A stretch of 64,000 nt of DNA, from the IMG/VR virus record IMGVR_UViG_3300025133_000048, positions 1-64,000 of that record. One strand, 5' to 3'. A model generated the notes under the pieces. That model was not told where the DNA came from. It did not search any database and saw only the letters and a list, made by a program, of their open reading frames with translations. Shown here piece after piece: positions 57,799 through 64,000 of this stretch. A program made the position numbers and the translations under genes. Each line of letters starts with the position of its first letter. The stretch's first letter is position 1. Origin of the DNA: a virus.

Positions 57799-58950
57799 AT
57801 GGCTTTATACAAATTCAATCCCGACGACATCTTCATCAACACTCTTGAAGCTTATCCAGAGTTTTCATTCTATATTCATAGCGGAACAGTCTATTTTGAT
57901 AACAACCCACACAGAGAAGGCACAAATGCAGATGTGCCGAATGGGTTCGTTTCTCTTTATCAAACAAACAACGACAAGGTATCCGGACAGACAATTTATC
58001 CTTTTATAACCAAGAATGGTTTGAAAGAAACATTTAAGTCTTACACCGATGCCCAGTTCAATGTAAAATATAACTATGATGGAGAAGATGTAACCGGTTC
58101 TTATGATTTTTCTGGTTCCATCTTTCGTGATTACTATGCCTTAAGTTCTGCAAGAACAAGAGTAGAATCACTAAGAAACTCTTTTCAACACTACAATCTG
58201 TTCTCACCACACTATGCATACTCATCATCTCTGGGTGATAAGTCTGAACAGATCTGCTCTTTGATTAACATACCTTCAATTTTCTATGGAGAAAGAATTA
58301 AGAAAGGAACAGTTCAGCTAGATTATTATGTTTCCGGAACTTTAGTCGGAACTTTAAAAGATGAGAATTATACCGGAGAGCTTATCCAAACAGGACCAGC
58401 AGGTTCTACAGGCTCAGGCTCTGTTGCAGGAACAGTTCTCTACAAGGAAGGTGTTTTGCTTTTGACAGGTTCTTGGGCTCTTGGAGCATCCGGAATAACT
58501 TATTCTGGTTCAAACGGAACAGGGGATAACTGGACACAATTTGCTGATGGCTTACATCAAGACATCTCAGGGTATGCGAACTTACCATCTGCCTCTTTTA
58601 ATCTGTCGTATCAAGGTGTTACACATACAAATACCATGACTATGTTAGCTCATGCAAACTACGGAGAGCTAAATTATTCTAATAACCCAACATACAAAGA
58701 TCAAAGTCATCCAAACAATGCTGTTGCTCTGACATCCTCGGTTTCTTTTATAGAATCAAAAGTTCCTCCAAAGAACATAACGCATACAGTATTACAGAAT
58801 TCAACTCCCACTTTACAAAAAGAAACTTATATTTCTAAAGTTGCTTTATACGATGAAGATAAAAATCTTATTGGATTTGCTAAAGTAGCGACTCCTGTGA
58901 GAAAAACAGAAGATCGTCAATTTATTTTTAAATTAAAGCTTGACTTGTAG
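57799..58950 (+). CDS. Putative baseplate/tail structural protein (paralog of 56738)
   Basis: ELNYSNNPT...YISKVALYDEDKNLIGFAKVATPVRK...KLDL. Confidence 0.65.
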   Translation: MALYKFNPDDIFINTLEAYPEFSFYIHSGTVYFDNNPHREGTNADVPNGFVSLYQTNNDKVSGQTIYPFITKNGLKETFKSYTDAQFNVKYNYDGEDVTGSYDFSGSIFRDYYALSSARTRVESLRNSFQHYNLFSPHYAYSSSLGDKSEQICSLINIPSIFYGERIKKGTVQLDYYVSGTLVGTLKDENYTGELIQTGPAGSTGSGSVAGTVLYKEGVLLLTGSWALGASGITYSGSNGTGDNWTQFADGLHQDISGYANLPSASFNLSYQGVTHTNTMTMLAHANYGELNYSNNPTYKDQSHPNNAVALTSSVSFIESKVPPKNITHTVLQNSTPTLQKETYISKVALYDEDKNLIGFAKVATPVRKTEDRQFIFKLKLDL

Positions 58951-58968
58951 AATAAACCATGTTATAAT
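58940..58968 (+). promoter_or_regulatory. sigma70-type promoter
   Basis: TTGACT-17 bp-TATAAT preceded by TGT; ATG 58977 is only 8 nt downstream. Confidence 0.7.
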
Positions 58969-58976
58969 AAGTTATT

Positions 58977-59501
58977 ATGATTTTAGGATTAGACATTAGT
59001 ACAAGCAGAATTGGAATCGCAATTATTGACGACCAATCAAACCTCATCACTTGTGAGGAAATAAAAATGAAGTCTTCGGATCCTCTTGAAACAAGAGCCG
59101 AGATTTTTGAGACACGCATTAAAGAAATAAGGAGCAAGTATGTCATTAAACACGTATTCGTCGAACAGCCATTCATGGCCTTCTCCGGAGGAAAGACAAC
59201 GGCGGTCACTATGGCTAAGCTTCAACGCTTTAATGGTATGTGCTGCTATATCACCTATAATCTATTTGGGAGCGCTTCAGTACTCATACCGGCGAATAAA
59301 GCGCGGGGATTGGTCGGTCTCAAAATACCAAGAGGTCAAAAAGCCAAGACGAAGGTTATTGAGTGGGTTGAAGCGAAATATCCTAAAGATTTTATAGTTG
59401 AGTATACCAGACATGGCAATCCAAAGCCCGGAACCGATGATAAAGCTGATGCGATAGTGATAGCGAATGCCGGTTTAAAATTAAATCAAGAAACAATTTG
59501 A
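58977..59501 (+). CDS. ruvC: RuvC-like Holliday junction resolvase
   Basis: ILGLDISTSRIG, VFVEQP, DDKADAIVIA. Confidence 0.85.
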   Translation: MILGLDISTSRIGIAIIDDQSNLITCEEIKMKSSDPLETRAEIFETRIKEIRSKYVIKHVFVEQPFMAFSGGKTTAVTMAKLQRFNGMCCYITYNLFGSASVLIPANKARGLVGLKIPRGQKAKTKVIEWVEAKYPKDFIVEYTRHGNPKPGTDDKADAIVIANAGLKLNQETI

Positions 59502-59525
59502 CAAACTTTTCCAACGTGTTATAAT
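59498..59525 (+). promoter_or_regulatory. sigma70-type promoter
   Basis: TTGACA-16 bp-TATAAT preceded by TGT; GGAGGT RBS before the primase. Confidence 0.75.
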
Positions 59526-59543
59526 CTTATTATCGGAGGTAAC

Positions 59544-60482
59544 ATGGAAGAAAAGAGGAAGATATTGACCGACATTCTCGGCCACTTTATCAGAAAGGGA
59601 AACGAACATCTTTATTCTTGTCCGTTTTGCAATCACCACAAAAAGAAAATGTCTGTCAATTTTGGAATTGGAGCATTTAAGTGTTGGGTTTGTGATACTC
59701 GTGGCAAGAACATATACAGAATTGTTCGTAAATTTGGAAGCTACAACCAAAGGCAAAAGTGGCTACAATTAGATGGTCGCCTAGACCTATCAGAGTTTGA
59801 AAAGATCTTTGACGGCCTACAAGAGATTGAAGAAGACCAAGTCGTTGAACTACCAGAAGAGATGGTATCTCTTTGTAACAAGCGGCTTCCTTTATCATCA
59901 AAGCGTGCTTTAGAGTACCTAGAGTCTCGCAACATAACCAAGGATCAAATTCTTATGTGGAAGATTGGCTATTGCCCAAGCGGAAGATACGGAGGCAGAA
60001 TAATTATTCCTTCGTTCAACAGAAATGGAGATCCAAACTATTTCATTGCTCGCTCTTATGTTGGCCATGGAAGGAAATACCTAAACCCACAAGCCTCAAG
60101 AGACATAATCTTTAATGAGCTTATGGTTGACTGGGACGAGCCTGTGATTTTAGTAGAAGGTGCGTTTGATGCTGTTGTAGCAGGAACACAGGCCATTCCG
60201 ATTTTGGGATCAACTATGAGACCGAATTCAAAATTATTCCAAGCACTATCTCTTAACGACACACCGGTTTACATCGGTCTTGATAATGATGCAGAGAAAA
60301 AAGCTGGACACATGATCAAGAACATGTTACAATACGATATGGAGGTTTTCAAGATTGATACTTCATCTGTTGACGATATTGGATCAATGTCTTCAGGTGA
60401 GTTTTCTTTAGCTTTCCAAAATGCCGAGACCATTGACTCGGATTATTACTTTTTTCAAAAAATGATGCAAAAAATAGTATAG
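59544..60482 (+). CDS. dnaG: DNA primase (zinc finger + TOPRIM)
   Basis: CPFC...CWVC zinc finger; YLESR; GRIIIP; VEGAFDA; GLDND. Confidence 0.9.
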   Translation: MEEKRKILTDILGHFIRKGNEHLYSCPFCNHHKKKMSVNFGIGAFKCWVCDTRGKNIYRIVRKFGSYNQRQKWLQLDGRLDLSEFEKIFDGLQEIEEDQVVELPEEMVSLCNKRLPLSSKRALEYLESRNITKDQILMWKIGYCPSGRYGGRIIIPSFNRNGDPNYFIARSYVGHGRKYLNPQASRDIIFNELMVDWDEPVILVEGAFDAVVAGTQAIPILGSTMRPNSKLFQALSLNDTPVYIGLDNDAEKKAGHMIKNMLQYDMEVFKIDTSSVDDIGSMSSGEFSLAFQNAETIDSDYYFFQKMMQKIV

Positions 60483-60490
60483 GAGGATTT

Positions 60491-63400
60491 ATGACTTATA
60501 AAATTGCACACGTAGCTGACACCCACATCAGGAATCTAAAATTTCATGATGAATACAGGGTTGTATTTCGCAAAATATACCAAAAACTTCGGGATCAAGG
60601 AGTTGATGCCATTGTTCATTGCGGTGACTTAGCACATACAAAGACACAACTATCGCCAGAGTATTTCGCACTCGCAACAGAGTTTCTCTACAATCTTGCC
60701 GAGATTGCTCCCACTTATATTATATTGGGCAACCACGACGGAAATTTAAAGAACTCTGCACGAGAAGATGCGGTAACTCCGATTGTCACTGCTCTGAAGC
60801 ACGCAAACCTTCACTTATTAAAAGATTCAGGTGAGTATAACTTCAATGGCAACCTTACATTCAATGTTAAGTCAATTTTTGACCGAGACAATTGGATTGA
60901 GCCCACAGATCAGTCCAGAGTCAACATTGGACTCTATCATGGTGCTGTAATGGGCTCAAAGACAGCAACTGGCTGGGCAATGGATCATGGAGACGACGAC
61001 ATTTCCATTTTCGCTAATTGTGATTATGCTATGCTTGGAGACATACATAAACCACAAATATTGGATGAAGAAGGAAGAGTACAATACGCTGGCTCCACAG
61101 TCCAGCAGAATTTTGGAGAATCTGGTAGAAAGGGTTACAAGCTCTGGACAATCAGAGGAAAAGATGATTTTAATGTTGAGCACGTCGGTATTCTCTCCCC
61201 AAGGCCATTTATTACTATCTATTTAACAGAGAGCGGAGGTTTGCCGGAAGGAATAAACATACCACGCGGATGTCGCTTGAGGCTTATTGCTACCACTAAT
61301 CTTCCTTCTAACAAGATAAGAATGGTAACAGAGTATTGTAAATCAAAATATAGTACTTATTCTGTTTCCTTCGTCAATAAATCGGAGGGCTCTTCTATGG
61401 ACTCAATGAGTGGTTCTAATAAAATAGAGAACCTTCGTGACTTAGCTGTACAAGAGAAGTGGATTAGAGAATATCTAAAAGATTTTAATTTGGAAGCAGA
61501 GATTGTGAAAGAGATCTTGGACTTAAATTCAAAGTTTAACATGGAGGCAGAAAGGAATGAACAAGTCAGTAGAAATGTTATTTGGAACATTAAAGAGATG
61601 CGCTTTAACAATTTATTTAATTATGGGCCAAACAATTCAGTGGATTTTGCAAAAGTCTCTGGGATTGTCGGTATCTTTGGTAAAAACTATAGCGGTAAAT
61701 CTTCTATTATTGATTCTTTACTTTTCGGTCTTTATAATACCACCTCTAAAGGTGAAAGAAAGAACGTTCACATCATTAATCAAAACAAAGATCAAGCATC
61801 TATCAACTTGGTCTTCAATGCAGGAGGTCAGGATTATAAAGTTTCAAGGAATCTTAACAAGGTTAACAAAACCCTCCGAGGAAAAAAAGTAGTAGATGCG
61901 AAAGGCGATTTAGATTTCACCAATCTCACAATCAACGAATCTTGCAACGGAGACTCCAAGACTGATACTGATGCGAACATTCGCAAAGTAATTGGATCTA
62001 TTGATGATTTCATGATTACTTCTATGGCATCTCAGCTTGATTCTCTTTCTTTTATCAAGGAAGGATCAACAAAACGCAAAGAGATACTTGCAAAGTTCTT
62101 AGATTTAGATTTGTTTGATAAAAAGTTCAAATTAGCCAAAGGTGCCGGCTCTGATATCGCTGCTCTTATCAAAAAGATGAAATCCAAGAATTATTCCGGA
62201 CAATTGGTTGCAAAGCAAGAAGAGCTTGAGGAAATCAAAGAAGACATTCAAAAGCAGCAAGAGCTGTGCTGTAAATTCACAGCTAGGCATGATGAGTTGG
62301 TTTTAGAGCTTACAAAGATAGAGGAAGAACTAAATTCTCGTCCGACTGAAATAATTGACATTACAGCAGTAAAAGACCTTATAATCTTAAAGAATAACGA
62401 CATAGATCGTTGCAAAGGTGAGATTGTAGCACTAAAAGATCTTATAGAGAAAAATAGTGAAATTGTGGAAGAAATTGATGCATTTTTGGGGTCTTTGTCA
62501 CAAGATCGTCTGGAGACTTTAGAAAACAACTGGAGTATTTGGACCGGTGAACGAAGCGAGCTATCTTCAAAACTTAAATCAAAAGAAGTAAAGTATGTTA
62601 ATGCTACAAAAAAGATTCACATGTTAGAGAACCACGAGTATGATCCAGACTGTAAGTTTTGTTGTGAGAATAAGTTTGTTAAAGATGCCAATAAAGCAGT
62701 AGAACAATTGCCCCAAGTTCAGGGTGAAATTAACGACTTACGGCACCTAATTGAAGATTTAGATTATAAAATAGATAATGTCGGCATAGAACAGATAAAA
62801 AGAGATCTTCAAAAAATTCAAGATCTAAGACAAAAGAAGCACAGAATGTTTTCCGAAGCCGAGCAGGCTAAAGTGAAGATTGAAGCGACTGATTCTAAAA
62901 TAGAATTATTAAGGAATGAAATCTGCACTCATGAAAACAAAGTTGAGGAGTATGAAGAAAACAAACATGTTATTGAAAATCTTTCAACTTTGCTTGGTGA
63001 ACAGCGTGCCGTCAGGGCCAAGGTAGAAGAATATAAGGGCAAGATGGATAGGTGTGGTAAAAAAGTTCAAGGCTTTCTTATTGAACAAGGATCCGTTCAG
63101 CAGTTTGTTCAAACTATACAAGCACAAAAACAAGAACAGGAAGAGCTTGAAAGGGAATGGATAGCATATGATCTTTTTATGAGATGCATGCATCCAAATG
63201 GAATCGCTTACGAGGTTATTAAGCAGAAGTTGCCAATAATAAACGAAGAGATCCAGAAGTGCCTTGCTAACATTGTTGACTTTGAAATTCTCTTTGAAAA
63301 TAATGGAAAGAGCCTTGATATTCTTATTAAACATCCAAAATTTGAGCCTAGACCTTTATCTATGGGTTCTGGTGCCGAGAAGACGATTGCTGCGATGGCG

Positions 63401-63637
63401 ATCAGATTGGCCCTGATTTCTATTACGAACTTACCAAAATCAACGATGTTTATTATGGATGAACCAGCAACAGCACTAGATCAAGAGCATATGGAAGGTT
63501 TTATTCGTTTAATGGAAATGATCAAGACTAAGTTTAAAACTGTTTTAATTATCTCTCATCTAGATGCTTTGAAAGATTGTGTTGATATGACAATTGACAT
63601 AGACAAGGTTGGTGGTTTTGCAAAAATCAATATTTAA
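60491..63637 (+). CDS. Fused Mre11/SbcD nuclease - Rad50/SbcC ATPase (T4 gp47-gp46-like)
   Basis: ADTH, GDLAH, GNHD, HG, GDIH phosphoesterase motifs; Walker A GKNYSGKSS; coiled coil with CKFC hook; MGSGAE signature; MDEP Walker B; ISH. Confidence 0.92.
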   Translation: MTYKIAHVADTHIRNLKFHDEYRVVFRKIYQKLRDQGVDAIVHCGDLAHTKTQLSPEYFALATEFLYNLAEIAPTYIILGNHDGNLKNSAREDAVTPIVTALKHANLHLLKDSGEYNFNGNLTFNVKSIFDRDNWIEPTDQSRVNIGLYHGAVMGSKTATGWAMDHGDDDISIFANCDYAMLGDIHKPQILDEEGRVQYAGSTVQQNFGESGRKGYKLWTIRGKDDFNVEHVGILSPRPFITIYLTESGGLPEGINIPRGCRLRLIATTNLPSNKIRMVTEYCKSKYSTYSVSFVNKSEGSSMDSMSGSNKIENLRDLAVQEKWIREYLKDFNLEAEIVKEILDLNSKFNMEAERNEQVSRNVIWNIKEMRFNNLFNYGPNNSVDFAKVSGIVGIFGKNYSGKSSIIDSLLFGLYNTTSKGERKNVHIINQNKDQASINLVFNAGGQDYKVSRNLNKVNKTLRGKKVVDAKGDLDFTNLTINESCNGDSKTDTDANIRKVIGSIDDFMITSMASQLDSLSFIKEGSTKRKEILAKFLDLDLFDKKFKLAKGAGSDIAALIKKMKSKNYSGQLVAKQEELEEIKEDIQKQQELCCKFTARHDELVLELTKIEEELNSRPTEIIDITAVKDLIILKNNDIDRCKGEIVALKDLIEKNSEIVEEIDAFLGSLSQDRLETLENNWSIWTGERSELSSKLKSKEVKYVNATKKIHMLENHEYDPDCKFCCENKFVKDANKAVEQLPQVQGEINDLRHLIEDLDYKIDNVGIEQIKRDLQKIQDLRQKKHRMFSEAEQAKVKIEATDSKIELLRNEICTHENKVEEYEENKHVIENLSTLLGEQRAVRAKVEEYKGKMDRCGKKVQGFLIEQGSVQQFVQTIQAQKQEQEELEREWIAYDLFMRCMHPNGIAYEVIKQKLPIINEEIQKCLANIVDFEILFENNGKSLDILIKHPKFEPRPLSMGSGAEKTIAAMAIRLALISITNLPKSTMFIMDEPATALDQEHMEGFIRLMEMIKTKFKTVLIISHLDALKDCVDMTIDIDKVGGFAKINI

Positions 63638-63661
63638 GCGAACCACTTTATGACGACCCTC

Positions 63662-63669
63662 CTATTTAT
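63662..63669 (+). promoter_or_regulatory. Putative late-promoter motif CTATTTAT (another copy at 63969-63976)
   Basis: Intergenic copies on both sides of the last ORF. Confidence 0.55.
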
Positions 63670-63701
63670 GAAAGCCCAAATCAATAGAGACAAGACAAAA
63701 A

Positions 63702-63959
63702 ATGAGCGAAGCCAAGAAAGGGCAGGCTCCAAAAGTTGCCCACCAACCACCATCAGAAAAAACAAAGAAAAAACTCAGCAACCTTGCAAAACTAAGAGTT
63801 GGTCATAAAAATCCAAACTCTCGTCTTACACCAAGTCAAGTAAAAGAAATAAGAGAAGATTTTAATAAAAAAGAGCTAACAAACAAACAGATAGCAGAAA
63901 AATATAGCGTCTCCTTATCGACAATAAAGAGGATAAAATATGGCAAAACAAATTATTAG
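63702..63959 (+). CDS. Small DNA-binding protein (NUMOD3-like + HTH)
   Basis: SEKTKKKLS, GHKNPNSRLT, KQIAEKYSVSLSTIKRIK. Confidence 0.7.
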   Translation: MSEAKKGQAPKVAHQPPSEKTKKKLSNLAKLRVGHKNPNSRLTPSQVKEIREDFNKKELTNKQIAEKYSVSLSTIKRIKYGKTNY

Positions 63960-64000
63960 AACAGATTACTATTTATAATTGATGTAGCCACAATTGATAT

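Noticed and set aside
63940-63978. Tiny ORF MAKQIIRTDYYL with a GAGG upstream
   Set aside because: Only 12 codons, overlapping the HTH gene end and a promoter motif; no support.
1-64000. Minus-strand ORFs and short alternative-frame + ORFs in the track
   Set aside because: All lie within or across longer + strand genes with clear motifs or translational coupling; they have no recognisable domains and look like shadow ORFs.
1-64000. Alternative genetic code (stop-codon reassignment, as in some jumbo phages)
   Set aside because: Coding density is near complete under code 11, and TAG and TGA terminate genes at sensible positions (e.g. 706, 3770, 25007).
1-64000. tRNA, rRNA, introns or inteins
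   Set aside because: Intergenic gaps are short and none shows a cloverleaf by eye; primase, PhoH and SbcCD show no intein-sized insertions. Not verified computationally.

Overview
This window is a 64-kb segment of a large (jumbo-type) tailed dsDNA phage, probably a myovirus. It is AT-rich, densely packed, read in the standard genetic code, and every credible gene lies on the + strand. From left to right: (1) 1-13 kb, accessory genes including a vWA protein, a Ser/Thr kinase, a BhlA-like holin, a HAD-NUDIX fusion, HExxH metallopeptidase-like proteins, a Fis-like HTH protein, an HNH nuclease, PIN-PhoH and a Cas4/RecB-like nuclease. Several of these share (I/L)xE / IKEE motifs suggestive of head-packaged, protease-processed proteins. 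(2) 13-23.6 kb, a glycan-biosynthesis operon containing an apparently complete phosphonate pathway: a cytidylyltransferase-PEP mutase fusion, a split phosphonopyruvate decarboxylase, an Fe-ADH, an alkaline-phosphatase-superfamily transferase candidate, glycosyltransferases, a sugar dehydratase and an O-methyltransferase. Most of it sits in a very AT-rich cassette. (3) A gp55-like sigma factor followed by a ~34-kb baseplate/tail module (gp5-like OB fold plus M15 peptidase, spike, gp25, gp6/J wedge, giant LamG proteins rich in [ST]-[GSA]-S). (4) RuvC-like resolvase, primase and a fused Mre11-Rad50 (SbcD-SbcC). Two promoter classes are visible: host sigma70-type TTGACA-N16/17-TATA(A/T)T with an extended -10, and a phage-type CTATTTA(T) motif. 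The most notable system is the phage-encoded 2-hydroxyethylphosphonate (phosphonoglycan) pathway, possibly decorating Ser/Thr-rich virion proteins. All functional calls come from motifs recognised by eye; no database searches were run.
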